Counted from the stretch's first letter, positions 7,722-17,760 are shown. The stretch is DNA of 64,000 bases from Candidatus Latescibacterota bacterium (GCA_965221775.1 CBDCSU010000006.1:1696001-1760000); one strand, 5' to 3'. Program-made: numbers and translations. The notes: a model not told the origin generated them from the sequence alone.

Positions 7722-8186
7722 TCAATTCTCCTGTAAGGGACCGCCGCCGTCGGGCCCGGCGGCCTCGACGACCCACACGAGGTTCTCGCGATAGGCGAGG
7801 ATCGCCTTCTCTCCCGCCTCGATGGTGCCGTCGTAGCAGATCGCCTGCCAGGTGGCGTCCCGGTAGTGGATCCGCCCCGCCTGGTCCGGCGCGATCCTCT
7901 CCACCACGTCCACGACCGTGCCGTAGGCGTCCTCCTCCTCGTCGGTGGACTGTCGCTCGGACCCGCCTCCGACGAAGCGCAGGAAGAGGCCGCGCAGGCT
8001 CAGCAGCAGGACGAGGGAGAGGATGAACCAGGTGGTGAGGGCCGGGATCAGGCCGTCGATCCAGCCCAGCCAGATGAGGGCGGCCACGATCAGGGCGCTC
8101 GACCCGAGAAAGCCGAGCACCATTCCGGGCAGGAACAACTCCAGCAGGATCATGACGGCGCCGGCGACGATCCAGGCTGTGAGCAT
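7722..8186 (-). CDS. NfeD family membrane protein
   Basis: Three hydrophobic helices (LELFLPG) plus C-terminal OB fold (GRIHYRDATWQA); adjacent to SPFH genes. Confidence 0.88.
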   Translation of the reverse strand: MLTAWIVAGAVMILLELFLPGMVLGFLGSSALIVAALIWLGWIDGLIPALTTWFILSLVLLLSLRGLFLRFVGGGSERQSTDEEEDAYGTVVDVVERIAPDQAGRIHYRDATWQAICYDGTIEAGEKAILAYRENLVWVVEAAGPDGGGPLQEN

Positions 8187-8318
8187 AGGGCCTCCGGGGA
8201 TTGGCAGGCGGAGACGGCGTCGGGGAAGGATAGGGCGGATGAGAGGGGGGAGCGAGATTGCGGGGAAGGCCGGGCGCCCGGAGCGCACCGGGGCGGCCTC
8301 CCCCGGCGGTGCAAGGGA

Positions 8319-8792
8319 TCAGCCGATCCACTGCCGCCACTGCTCGGGCAGCTCCTTGCCGAGGGAGCGCAGGTACACGCTCACCTTGGCGCAGAAGATC
8401 AGGATCGACTCGCGGTAGATGTGGAACTGCACCCCCACGGGCACGCTGTAGGCCCCGCGATCGATCTGCTTGCCCTGCACGTCCTCCTCGCCGAGGGCGT
8501 GGAGGGCCGCCTTCAGGGCGGCGTCCGAGCGGGCGTACCACTCCCGCAGGACCGATACCCTCGTCTCCGCTCCCCCGGGGGGCGGCCGCTCCTTCCAGTC
8601 CATGGCGAAAGTCCGGAAGGAGTCGGTATAGATCTCCTCCAGCTGGCCCGCCTCGCGGCACAGCGCGCCGAGAGACGGGTTGCCGGGCAGGGCGTGAGCG
8701 AGATCGGCGTCGCCCAGGACGTCCAGCAACTGTGTGCGCAGCGAGAGGGTCTGCTCCAGCAGAGGGAGCTCCCGTTCCGCGAGACTGTTCAT
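8319..8792 (-). CDS. DinB-like four-helix bundle protein
   Basis: 157 aa with GGAGG RBS; LGDADL..LPGNPSLGALCRE, YRESILIF..K..VYLRSLG. Confidence 0.55.
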   Translation of the reverse strand: MNSLAERELPLLEQTLSLRTQLLDVLGDADLAHALPGNPSLGALCREAGQLEEIYTDSFRTFAMDWKERPPPGGAETRVSVLREWYARSDAALKAALHALGEEDVQGKQIDRGAYSVPVGVQFHIYRESILIFCAKVSVYLRSLGKELPEQWRQWIG

Positions 8793-8840
8793 GGTTCCTC
8801 CCGTTGGGTGAGCCCCCCGCCCCGGCGCGGCCGTTTTCGC

Positions 8841-8869
8841 TTGACTTCTCCCTCCGGAGCGGTTAGGGT
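8841..8869 (+). promoter_or_regulatory. Candidate sigma70 promoter
   Basis: TTGACT-N17-TAGGGT upstream of GGAGG RBS and ATG 8920. Confidence 0.45.
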
Positions 8870-8919
8870 GCTGAACCGGCCTGTCATCAGCGGCCCCGCT
8901 CAACCTCCGGAGGTAACGT

Positions 8920-9678
8920 ATGCTCTCTCTCAGGAAGGGAACCACCGCCGGCCTGTGCGCCGCCATCCTCTGCTTCGGCCCCGTCCGCTCCGACGCCCAG
9001 AGCGGGTTGGTCCGCGCCGTCGACGACATTCCGCCCGCGCCGGTCACCGGCCTCACGGCCGTTCTCATGGAGGACAACATCCTCCTGACCTGGAACGCCT
9101 CGGACGACGACAGCGCCGTGGGATCGACCTTCGGCGGGCAGCACGTCTATCGCAACCTCGTCCACGGATACCGCGTATACCGAAGCATCGACGGCGGCGA
9201 GCCGTCGGAGATCGGCAGCACCCCGCCCGGCATCACGGAATACACCGACACCGACATCCTCACCGGCGGCGGGGTCTACGTCTACGACGTACGCGCCTAC
9301 GACTCCGACAACGAGGCCATGCTGGCCATCGAGCCCGGGTCCGAGGCCGACCGGGCCCGTACCGTCACCCCGGCCCCGCTGCCTCGCGATGCCGATGGCA
9401 ATCTGGTCCTCGGCTGGTTCAGTTACGAGGGCGTGAGAGTCGGCCTGGACGACTTCTTTCTGCTCCACGAGAATCTCGGCCGGAAGGAAGGTGACGAGGA
9501 CTTCGAGCCGGTCTACGACCTGAATGCCGACGGTGTCGTCGGGTTCGACGACTTCTTCATCTTCAACGACCACTTCCGCACCGAAATCGCCAACGCCGAC
9601 GAAGTCCAGGAGTTCATCACCTCGGCTGGAAGCGCCGAGGCGATCAACGCGGCCATCGCTTTCCAGATCAAGGAATAG
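8920..9678 (+). CDS. Secreted protein with Fn3-like and dockerin/EF-hand-like domains
   Basis: Signal peptide; PAPVTGLTA..LTWNAS..YRVYRS..YTD..YDVRAYD (Fn3); VGLDDFF and DLNADGVVGFDDFFIF. Confidence 0.75.
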   Translation: MLSLRKGTTAGLCAAILCFGPVRSDAQSGLVRAVDDIPPAPVTGLTAVLMEDNILLTWNASDDDSAVGSTFGGQHVYRNLVHGYRVYRSIDGGEPSEIGSTPPGITEYTDTDILTGGGVYVYDVRAYDSDNEAMLAIEPGSEADRARTVTPAPLPRDADGNLVLGWFSYEGVRVGLDDFFLLHENLGRKEGDEDFEPVYDLNADGVVGFDDFFIFNDHFRTEIANADEVQEFITSAGSAEAINAAIAFQIKE

Positions 9679-9786
9679 CCTCCTTCCTCGGTCACACGGG
9701 CGGCCCCCGACCCGGGAGCCGCTGACCCGGCCTCACCGCCCGAGCCCGGCCGGATTCGTCTCGCCCCGCCGGCAGCGGCAGTCCTC

Positions 9787-10737
9787 ATGAAGATCGTCGT
9801 TCTCGATGGCTACACCCTGAATCCCGGCGACCTCAGCTGGTCCGGCCTCGAATCCCTGGGCGATGTCACCGTTCACGAACACTCCACCGCCGATCAGGTC
9901 CTGGAGAGAGCCCACGGCGCCGAGATCCTGCTGACCAACAAGACCGTCGTCTCCGGTGAGCACATCGCCCGGCTCCCCGGCCTGCGGTACATCGGCGTGC
10001 TGGCCACGGGCTTCAACATCGTCGACGTGGAAGCCGCCCGTGAGCGCGGCATCCCGGTGTGCAACGTGCCCACCTACGGCACCGCCTCGGTAGCCCAGGC
10101 CGCCATCGCCCACCTCCTCAACCTGACCCAGCGCATCGGCGACCACGCCGCCGCCGTCAACGCCGACCGCTGGGCCGAGTGCCGGGACTTCAGCTTCTGG
10201 GACCACCCTCTCGTCGAGCTCGAGGGACTCCTCTTCGGCGTCGTCGGCATGGGCCGCATCGGCCGCCGCACCGCCGAGCTGGCGAGGGCCTTCGGCATGC
10301 AGGTCCTGGCCCACACGCGCACCCCCGATCCGTCCCTCGACTGGGTGGAGCACGCGGGTGTGGACGACCTCTTCCGCCGCTGTGACGCGGTCTCCCTGCA
10401 CTGCCCGCTGACGCCGGAGACCGAGGGGATCGTCGATCGCAGGCGGCTGTCGCTGATGAAGCCGACGGCCTTCCTCATCAACACGAGCCGCGGGCCGCTG
10501 GTGGACGAGGAGGCCCTGAGAGAGGCTCTCGAGGAGGGGCGCATCGCCGGCGCCGGGCTGGACGTGATGGCCGTGGAGCCTCCGGCCTCCGGGCATCCGC
10601 TCTACGGAGTGCGGAACTGCTACATCACGCCCCACAACGCCTGGGCCACGGGCGCCGCCCGCAAGCGCCTGCTCGACACCGTGGTCGACAACGTGGGGGC
10701 CTTTCTCGACGGGAGTCCTCGGAACGTCGTCAACTGA
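9787..10737 (+). CDS. D-2-hydroxyacid (glycerate) dehydrogenase
   Basis: MKIVVLDGYTLNPGDL, GMGRIG, INTSRG, TPHNAW. Confidence 0.92.
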   Translation: MKIVVLDGYTLNPGDLSWSGLESLGDVTVHEHSTADQVLERAHGAEILLTNKTVVSGEHIARLPGLRYIGVLATGFNIVDVEAARERGIPVCNVPTYGTASVAQAAIAHLLNLTQRIGDHAAAVNADRWAECRDFSFWDHPLVELEGLLFGVVGMGRIGRRTAELARAFGMQVLAHTRTPDPSLDWVEHAGVDDLFRRCDAVSLHCPLTPETEGIVDRRRLSLMKPTAFLINTSRGPLVDEEALREALEEGRIAGAGLDVMAVEPPASGHPLYGVRNCYITPHNAWATGAARKRLLDTVVDNVGAFLDGSPRNVVN

Positions 10738-10755
10738 GGACCCGCCCGACCCCGC

Positions 10756-11913
10756 TCACCAGTTCGTGTAGGACCCGTCCCGCCGCCGCAGGTGGGGCGC
10801 CTCCCAGAATTCGAAGCGCTGCGCCGCCGCGGCTTCCTCGTTGAACTCCACCCCGAGGCCGGGCCCCTCCGGAACCGGGAACCGGTCCCCCTCCAGCTCC
10901 AGCTGCACGGGGAACAGGCCGCGGTCGTCGAACCCCAGGTCCTCCGTGGGCGAGACCCGCGCCTCCAGCCAGGCGAAGTTCGGCACCGCCGCCCCGAGGT
11001 GGACGCTGGCGGCCGTGCAGATCGGCCCCAGGGGGTTGTGGGGCATCAGGTCGATGTAGTGGGCCTCGCACATGGCGGCGACCTTCAGCGCCTCGGTGAA
11101 ACCGCCGACGTTGCAGATGTCGAGGCGGGCGAACTGCGTGATGCCGCGCTCCACGTAGGGCAGGAACTGCCACTTGCTCGGGAACTCCTCGCCGATGGCG
11201 AAGGGCACGTCCGTCATCGTGCGCAGGGACTCGTAGGCCTCGGGGGACTCGTCGCGGATCGGCTCCTCGAGGAAGTCGAGGGTTCCCGGCGGCATGCGCT
11301 GGCAGAAGGAGGCGGCCTCGGCCACCGACAGCCGGTGGTGGTAGTCGATGCCGAGGACGGGGTCCGTGCCGATCTCGGCGCGCAGGGCGGTGAGCCATTC
11401 GGCGGTGACGCCGATCGACTCCCGGGGCTCGAACCGCCCCGCGCCGCTCTCCGGGCGGGAGGCGATGCCCGTGCGGATCACGCTCCAGCCGTTGTCGAGG
11501 AGCAGCCTGGCGTTGGCGACGAGCTGCTCCAGGGAGCCGGCGCCGGTGGTGGCGAAGCAGGGCACGAAGTCGCGCTGCCTGCCGCCGAGCAGCTGGTGCA
11601 CCGGCACGTCCAGGGACCGGGCGGTGACGTCGTAGAGGGCGATGTCGATGGCGGAAATCGCCCCGGTCAGGATCCGTCCGCCCTCGAAGTACTGACTGCG
11701 GTACATCTCCTGCCACAGAGCCCCGGGCCGGCGCGGGTCCCGCCCGATCAGGAACTCCCGGTAGTGGCGCACCGCTCCCTGCACCGCCAGCTCGCGGCCG
11801 GAGACGCCGGACTCGCCCCAGCCGTGGATTCCCTCGTCGGTCTCCACCTTGACGATCAGCTGGTTCCGGTGGCCGACCCGGGCGGGATAGACCTTGATGT
11901 CGGAGATGCGCAA
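10756..11913 (-). CDS. Mandelate racemase/galactonate dehydratase-like enolase-superfamily enzyme
   Basis: TTG start with AAGGAG RBS; ISAIDIALYD, DYHHR, FLEEP, IGEE, PHNPLGP. Confidence 0.88.
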   Translation of the reverse strand: MRISDIKVYPARVGHRNQLIVKVETDEGIHGWGESGVSGRELAVQGAVRHYREFLIGRDPRRPGALWQEMYRSQYFEGGRILTGAISAIDIALYDVTARSLDVPVHQLLGGRQRDFVPCFATTGAGSLEQLVANARLLLDNGWSVIRTGIASRPESGAGRFEPRESIGVTAEWLTALRAEIGTDPVLGIDYHHRLSVAEAASFCQRMPPGTLDFLEEPIRDESPEAYESLRTMTDVPFAIGEEFPSKWQFLPYVERGITQFARLDICNVGGFTEALKVAAMCEAHYIDLMPHNPLGPICTAASVHLGAAVPNFAWLEARVSPTEDLGFDDRGLFPVQLELEGDRFPVPEGPGLGVEFNEEAAAAQRFEFWEAPHLRRRDGSYTNW

Positions 11914-12082
11914 CGCCCCTGCTCCTTTCCCGGCCCTCGGAGGGGCCGGCGATGGGATCGACGGGCCCTCCCCGGGGCCCGCTCCGGGCAATCAGGGCGA
12001 TTCCCCGGCCGCGGGCAATCCGGCCGGCCGGGTGGCTGCGTCCATTGACTCGCCGAAGGCGCCCGCCGGTTCTTTGGCGCCC

Positions 12083-13261
12083 ATGATCATCGACGAGGTC
12101 CGCGCCTTCCCCATCCATGCCGCCCCCCACCCGGCGACCCCTCCGCGCATCCCGCGGCGGGAGGACGCGCCTCCACTCGTCAGTCCCATGCGCCGCTACC
12201 CGGAGTTCCTGCCCGCCTGGCAGGGCCGCTGGACGGATCTGGCCTGCGTGGTCACCGCCCGGGACGGGACCTGGGGGTTCGGCTTCGGCTCGTTCTCGCC
12301 GCCGGCGGCCAGCATCATCAACGACCATCTCGGCCCGCTGATCACGGGGCAGAGCTGCATGGCCACGGAGAAGCTCTTCGACGTCATGCAGCGCGCCACC
12401 GCTCACTACGGGACCTCCGGCCTGGCCAGCTACGCCATCAGCGCCGTCGACATGGCCCTGTGGGACCTCAAGGGCAAGGTGCTGCAGCGGCCGGTCTACG
12501 AGCTGCTGGGAGGCCCGCAGAAGAGCTCGATCCCCTGCTACGCCAGCGCCACCGGCCACGACTACGGCCTGGAGAGCACCATCGAGTGGTTCCTCGAGCT
12601 CGGCTTCAAGGCGGTCAAGGTCTTCTTCCGCCACGGGCCGTCCGACGACATGGAGGGGCTGCGCCGCAACGAGGAGCTGGTGGCCACGGCCCGGGAGCTG
12701 ATCGGCGACGAGCGCGAGCTGATGGTCGACGCCTGGATGTCCTTCGACGTGGAGTACGTGGTGCGCCTCTCCGAGGCCCTTAAGCCGTACCGCATCAAGT
12801 GGTTCGAGGACTCCCTGCGTCCGGAGGACCTGGGCAGCTACTCCCGCCTGCGGCAGCGCATCCCCCACCAGATCCTGGCCACCGGCGAGCACTGGTACTC
12901 CATCCCGCCCTTCGCCTTCGCCGCGGCCAACGGGCTGATCGACATCTTCCAGCCCGACATCCGCTGGGTGGGCGGGATCAGCGCCGTTCTGCGCATCTGC
13001 CATCTCGCCGAAGGGCATGGCCAGAGCGTGCTCCCCCACGGAGGCATGAACTACCCGTACGGACAGCACCTCTCCTTCGCCATGCCCGCCGTCGCCTGGG
13101 GCGAGCGCTCGGAGGGGGTCTCGCCGCCGGGGGTGCCGCTGGCGGAGATGGTGAAGCTGCCGGGGACCGCCGTCATCGAGAACGGCGAGCTCGTGCCGAG
13201 CGACGCTCCCGGCTTCGGTCTGGAGATCACCAGGGACTGGCTGGAGGAACGGGCGGCCTGA
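12083..13261 (+). CDS. Mandelate racemase family enzyme (L-rhamnonate dehydratase-like)
   Basis: AISAVDMALWDLKGK, LMVDAWMS, WFED, TGEH, QPD, PGFG. Confidence 0.85.
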   Translation: MIIDEVRAFPIHAAPHPATPPRIPRREDAPPLVSPMRRYPEFLPAWQGRWTDLACVVTARDGTWGFGFGSFSPPAASIINDHLGPLITGQSCMATEKLFDVMQRATAHYGTSGLASYAISAVDMALWDLKGKVLQRPVYELLGGPQKSSIPCYASATGHDYGLESTIEWFLELGFKAVKVFFRHGPSDDMEGLRRNEELVATARELIGDERELMVDAWMSFDVEYVVRLSEALKPYRIKWFEDSLRPEDLGSYSRLRQRIPHQILATGEHWYSIPPFAFAAANGLIDIFQPDIRWVGGISAVLRICHLAEGHGQSVLPHGGMNYPYGQHLSFAMPAVAWGERSEGVSPPGVPLAEMVKLPGTAVIENGELVPSDAPGFGLEITRDWLEERAA

Positions 13262-13278
13262 AGGCCGCGGAGGGCACC

Positions 13279-14211
13279 ATGCTGATACTGACGGAAGAGG
13301 CCGTGTACCGCGCCGACGCGACGGCGCCGCAGCCTGTGCGCGTGCTCGACGCGGCCGCCCGGGCTGTCGACGCATCCACGGGCGCAGGTGTGGCGACGCT
13401 GGAGGACGGCGAGATCGCCCTCATCCGGGCGGAGGGCGCCGATCGGCTGGACAGCGGCATCGGCGACGAGATCCACTGCATCCACGTGCTGCGGGAGGAC
13501 CCGCTGAGCCTGCTCATCGGCACCGAGCCGGCCCACCTCTACCGCCTGGAGGACGGCCAGCCGGCGGCGCGGGTCGAGTCCTTCGACCGCCTGGAGGTCC
13601 GCGGCGACTGGTACACGCCCTGGGGAGGTCCGCCGGCGGTGCGCAGCCTGGCCCGCTCCGGCGGCGACGTGTACGCCGATATCCACGTGGGCAGCATCGT
13701 GCGCTCCGCCGACTCGGGGCAGTCCTGGGCGCCGGTGAAGCCCGGCCTGCACCCGGACGTGCACCAGGTTGCCGTCTGCCCCGCCGCCCCGGAGCGGGTC
13801 TACGTCAACACCGCCGACGCCGTCTTCGTCAGCCAGGACCGCGGCGAGTCCTGGCGCCACCGCGCCGACGGCCTGCCGTGCCGGTACGGCCGGGCCATCG
13901 CCGTCCATCCCGAGGACCCGGACTGCCTGCTTGCCTCGGTGAGCCGCGGGCCCCGCGCCGAGGGCACGGGGCGGCTCTTCCGCAGCGACGACGGAGGGCG
14001 CGCGTGGGCGCCGCCGGACGGCGGCTTTCCGGAGACCACCCGGGACAACGTCGACACCTTCCAGGTGGCCTTCGACGCCGGCGGCGCGGCCTGGGCCTCC
14101 GTCGAGGACCGGCTGTACCGCAGCGGCGACCGCGGCCGGAACTGGAGGGTCGAGTGGCAGGCCCCCGCACCGATCGTCGCCATCTCCTGCCCTCCATCGG
14201 GAACCTCATGA
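13279..14211 (+). CDS. BNR/Asp-box repeat beta-propeller protein
   Basis: Repeated RSxDxGxxW Asp-boxes; IGTEPAHLY; DVHQV. Confidence 0.8.
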   Translation: MLILTEEAVYRADATAPQPVRVLDAAARAVDASTGAGVATLEDGEIALIRAEGADRLDSGIGDEIHCIHVLREDPLSLLIGTEPAHLYRLEDGQPAARVESFDRLEVRGDWYTPWGGPPAVRSLARSGGDVYADIHVGSIVRSADSGQSWAPVKPGLHPDVHQVAVCPAAPERVYVNTADAVFVSQDRGESWRHRADGLPCRYGRAIAVHPEDPDCLLASVSRGPRAEGTGRLFRSDDGGRAWAPPDGGFPETTRDNVDTFQVAFDAGGAAWASVEDRLYRSGDRGRNWRVEWQAPAPIVAISCPPSGTS

Positions 14212-15356
14212 CCGGCGCCGTCGAGTACGATCTGCTGATCATCGCCGGCCGCGTGTTCTGCGCCGAGACGGGCCTCGACGGCCCGGGCGCGGTCGCGGTG
14301 CGCGGGGGCCGCATCGCCGCCTCGGGCGCGGCCGTGGAGGGCACCGCCGCCAAGACCCTGGCCTACCCCGACGCCCTGCTGCTGCCCGGACTCGTGGACA
14401 TGCACGCCCATCCGGCCCTCGGAGGCTCCCGCTATGGCGTCGACCCGGACGAGCAGTTCCTGCCTCGGGGGGTCACCACCTGCATGTCCCAGGGCGACGC
14501 CGGGGCCCTCGACTGGCCGGCCTACCGCGACGAGGTGATCGGCGGCTGCCGCACCCGGGTGCGGCTGGCCCTGCACCTGTCCAAGCACGGCGAGTCGCGC
14601 GGGGCCCACTGCTTCGAGCGGTTGGACGACGCCGACGTCGATCTGTGCGCCGCCACCGCCGCCGCGGCCGGCGAGGAGATCTGGGGAATCGCCTTCAACA
14701 CCATGCGGAGCCCGGTGATCTCCCACGATCCGAGGGAGATCATGCGCCGCGGCATCGAGGCCGCCGACCGCTGCGGGCGCCCCATCCTCTACGGGCCGCG
14801 GTTCAAGAGGGACTTCCCCCTGGAGGAGCAGCTGCCCTGGCTGCGGGCGGGAGACCTGGTGACCTACACCTTCTGCTTCCTCGAGGACAACATCATCGCC
14901 GGCGGCAGGCTGCGACCGGAGGTTTGGGAGGCCAGGGAGCGGGGGGTCCTGTTCGACGGCTGCCACGGCATGCAGTCCTTCAGCTTCGAACACGCCGAGG
15001 CCGCCATGGCCGAGGGTTTCTACCCCGACACCGTCTCCACCGATCAGTACAACCGCCACCTCGGCAGCGACCCGCCCCACGACCTGCCGCGGACGATGTC
15101 GAAGTTCATCGCCGCCGGCATGCCCGAGACCGAGGTCCTGGCGCGGGCCACGGCGCGGCCGGCGGAACTTCTCGGCCTGAAGGGAGAGGCCGGAACCCTG
15201 GCCCCTGGGGCCTGCGCCGACCTGGCGCTGCTGCAATGGAACGAGGAGGGAAGGCTGAGGGACTGCCGGGACGTGGAACGCGCCGGTGGCTGCTGGGAGC
15301 CGCTGGCCACGTTCCGGGCGGGACAGTTGGTGCGGCCGGGCCCCGATGGGGCATAG
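14208..15356 (+). CDS. Amidohydrolase (dihydroorotase/deacetylase-like)
   Basis: PGLVDMHAH, GVTT..GDAG, DGCHG..SFSF, PDTVSTD, GACADL. Confidence 0.85.
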   Translation: MTGAVEYDLLIIAGRVFCAETGLDGPGAVAVRGGRIAASGAAVEGTAAKTLAYPDALLLPGLVDMHAHPALGGSRYGVDPDEQFLPRGVTTCMSQGDAGALDWPAYRDEVIGGCRTRVRLALHLSKHGESRGAHCFERLDDADVDLCAATAAAAGEEIWGIAFNTMRSPVISHDPREIMRRGIEAADRCGRPILYGPRFKRDFPLEEQLPWLRAGDLVTYTFCFLEDNIIAGGRLRPEVWEARERGVLFDGCHGMQSFSFEHAEAAMAEGFYPDTVSTDQYNRHLGSDPPHDLPRTMSKFIAAGMPETEVLARATARPAELLGLKGEAGTLAPGACADLALLQWNEEGRLRDCRDVERAGGCWEPLATFRAGQLVRPGPDGA

Positions 15357-15387
15357 AAAAAGCCCCGGGAGGATCCCCCGGAGCTTT
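15356..15387. terminator. Intrinsic terminator between convergent amidohydrolase and tRNA
   Basis: AAAGC-CCCGGG...CCCGG-AGCTTT hairpin with an A-run on the left (U-tract for the minus-strand tRNA transcript). Confidence 0.6.
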
Positions 15388-15392
15388 GGTAG

Positions 15393-15469
15393 TGGTGGGC
15401 GATGCTGGAATTGAACCAGCGACCTCCTGCATGTCAAGCAGGCACTCTAACCAGCTGAGCTAATCGCCC
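15393..15469 (-). tRNA. tRNA-Val (GAC)
   Basis: Reverse complement GGGCGATTAGCTCAGCTGGTTAGAG...TT-GAC-AT...GGTTCAATTCC...ATCGCCCACCA; full cloverleaf with encoded CCA. Confidence 0.96.
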
Positions 15470-15480
15470 GACGAGGCAAG

Positions 15481-15509
15481 AGCGTACGGCCCCCCCGAAA
15501 TACGGTCAA
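15481..15509 (-). promoter_or_regulatory. sigma70 promoter of tRNA-Val
   Basis: TTGACC-N17-TACGCT on the minus strand, 11 nt upstream of the tRNA 5' end. Confidence 0.6.
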
Positions 15510-15536
15510 GGCCGGCTCCGGCCCCCGAAAGAGAGG

Positions 15537-16592
15537 ATGGAAATGGCTTCGATCTATCGCGCGGGCCTCGTGGGATGCGGGCGGATGGGCGCCACCATCG
15601 ACGACGAGGTGAAGGGCCGTCCCGACAGCGAGCTGTTCCTGCCGTACTCGCATGCAGCGGCGGTCAGCGCCTGCGCCCGGACGGACCTTGCGGCGGTCTG
15701 CGACCCTGTGGCGACCAAGGCGGAGGAGGCTGCAGCCCGGTACGGAGCGGCCGCGGTGTACACCGACCCCGAGGAGATGATCCGGCGGGAGGGACTCGAC
15801 ATCGTCTGCATCGCCACCCGGCCTTCGCCGCATGCGCCGGTGACGATCCTCGCCGCCGAGAACGGCGTGCGCGCCGTCTACTGCGAGAAGCCGCTCTGCA
15901 ACTCGATGGCCGAGGCCGACGCCATGGCGGCGGCGGTCGCCGCCAACGGCGTCAAGTTCAACTACGGGACCCAGCGGCGCTACGTGCGCCTCTACCGCAA
16001 CGCCCGGGAGATGATCGACGCCGGCCGCATCGGCCAGTTGCAGGCGGTGATCGCCCACTGCGGCACGGGCGCCGCCCAGTGGGGGCACACGCACGCCGCC
16101 GACATGGTGCTGATGCTGGCCGGCGACGGGGAGGCGGAGTTCGTGCAGGCCACCTGCCGGTTCGCGGAGGACCAGTGGCAGGCGGGGCGCCTGACCGTCG
16201 ATCCGCCGATCGAGATGGGCTACGTACGCTTCGCCAACGGTGTGCACGCCTACTTCGTCGCCTCGGGGGGATACGAATTCGAGGCCTGCGGCAGCGAGGG
16301 CAAGCTGCGCACCCTGTCCAACGGCGGCGGCTACACCTGGCGCCGGGAGGGCGAGCATGGTCTCGAGGAAGCCGCCGGACCGGAGGTGCGGATCGAGAGC
16401 GGCACCCTGCGAGCGATCGAGGATCTCGTGAGAGCCCTCGACGAAGACAGCGATACCCAGGGCGGCATCGAGCTGGCCTGTCGCAGCCAGGAGATCGTCC
16501 TCGGCCTGGTCGCCTCGAGCCGGGAGGACGGCCGGCGCATCGCCCTGCCGCTGGAGGACCGTTCGCTGTCCGTCAGGCCGGACGCCTACTGA
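15537..16592 (+). CDS. Gfo/Idh/MocA oxidoreductase
   Basis: GLVGCGRMG, DIVCIAT, YCEKP. Confidence 0.9.
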   Translation: MEMASIYRAGLVGCGRMGATIDDEVKGRPDSELFLPYSHAAAVSACARTDLAAVCDPVATKAEEAAARYGAAAVYTDPEEMIRREGLDIVCIATRPSPHAPVTILAAENGVRAVYCEKPLCNSMAEADAMAAAVAANGVKFNYGTQRRYVRLYRNAREMIDAGRIGQLQAVIAHCGTGAAQWGHTHAADMVLMLAGDGEAEFVQATCRFAEDQWQAGRLTVDPPIEMGYVRFANGVHAYFVASGGYEFEACGSEGKLRTLSNGGGYTWRREGEHGLEEAAGPEVRIESGTLRAIEDLVRALDEDSDTQGGIELACRSQEIVLGLVASSREDGRRIALPLEDRSLSVRPDAY

Positions 16593-16617
16593 GGGGGCCG
16601 GGGGCCCCGCGCCGCCC

Positions 16618-17760
16618 CTAGAAGTAGCTGAGCAGCTTCTCCCAGACGCTCATGCGGGCCACGGTATCGGCGGCCACAAGGTCGACCCGGGCGAGGACGG
16701 CGTCGTCCAGGCGCAGGTGAAGCACACCGAGGCTGTCGCCCGCCGCCACCGGCGCCGGCTGCTCCTCCGGCAGCTCCACTCGGCGCTCCACGCGCCGGCG
16801 CTGCTCCGGGGTGAGGACGGCGACGAAGGTGTCGGAGGTCACCGCCGCCACCTCCGGCTCCAGCCCCCAGTCAAGGGAGACCTTCCCTATCGGCTCACCC
16901 GCCAGCGTCAGCGGCCCCTTGACGAAGTGAGCGAAGCCCCACTCCAACAGGCGGGCCGTCTCCCGGTCCCGCAACCGCTCCCTGCGTGCTCCCAGGATGA
17001 TCGAGATGAGGCGCATGTCGCGGCGCTGGGCGGTGGCCACCAGGCACGACCCCGCCCGTCTCGTGTATCCGGTCTTCAACCCGTCGAGCCCCGGGAAGCG
17101 GCGGAGGAGCTTGTTCGTCGTGTAGAGGGTGAAGGCGCCGTTGCGGAAAGGGCGCATGCGGATCGAGGACCACTCGAAGATCTGGCGGTACGGAAGCAGG
17201 GCCCGTGCGACGGCGCCGAGATCCCTCGCAGTGGTTACGTTGCCCTTGTCCCAAGGGGTGTCATCGAGTCCATGGACGTTCACGCATCGCGAGGACGCCA
17301 TGCCGAGCTCCCGGGCCTTGGCGTTCATCATTGCGACGAACCCCTCCACCGAGCCGCCGATGTGCTCCGCCACCGCCACGCAGGCGTCGTTGGCGGAGGA
17401 GATGACGATGGCCGCCATCATCTCCGAGAGGGGAAAGACCTCCCCCTGCTGCAGGTAGACCTGCGACCCACCCGTACGACTCGCCCGCGCGGAGGTGTGG
17501 ACGGGGTCGGTCAGGGCGACACGGCCGTCCCTCAGGGCTTCCATGACCACGAGTTGGAGCAGCAGCTTCTGGGTGCTGGCTGGAGATCTCGGCGCATCGG
17601 CCCGGTATTCGAACAGGACGGATCCGGTGGAGGCCTCCAGCAGCAGGGCGGAGGCGAAGGGCGGGTTGCTGCCGACGTCGTACGCGGCGGCGCTGATGGG
17701 GGTGATGGACAGCCCCGCCAGGCACAGAGGGGGCACAAGGATCCGGAGCAGAGAGCGCAT
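16618..17760 (-). CDS. dacA: D-alanyl-D-alanine carboxypeptidase (peptidase S11)
   Basis: PASTQK (SxxK), SAND (SxN), KTG; signal peptide. Confidence 0.9.
   Translation of the reverse strand: MRSLLRILVPPLCLAGLSITPISAAAYDVGSNPPFASALLLEASTGSVLFEYRADAPRSPASTQKLLLQLVVMEALRDGRVALTDPVHTSARASRTGGSQVYLQQGEVFPLSEMMAAIVISSANDACVAVAEHIGGSVEGFVAMMNAKARELGMASSRCVNVHGLDDTPWDKGNVTTARDLGAVARALLPYRQIFEWSSIRMRPFRNGAFTLYTTNKLLRRFPGLDGLKTGYTRRAGSCLVATAQRRDMRLISIILGARRERLRDRETARLLEWGFAHFVKGPLTLAGEPIGKVSLDWGLEPEVAAVTSDTFVAVLTPEQRRRVERRVELPEEQPAPVAAGDSLGVLHLRLDDAVLARVDLVAADTVARMSVWEKLLSYF

Noticed and set aside
15393-15469. tRNA-Val as an integration site for an island
   Set aside because: No integrase nearby and no duplicate of the tRNA 3' end noticed in the window
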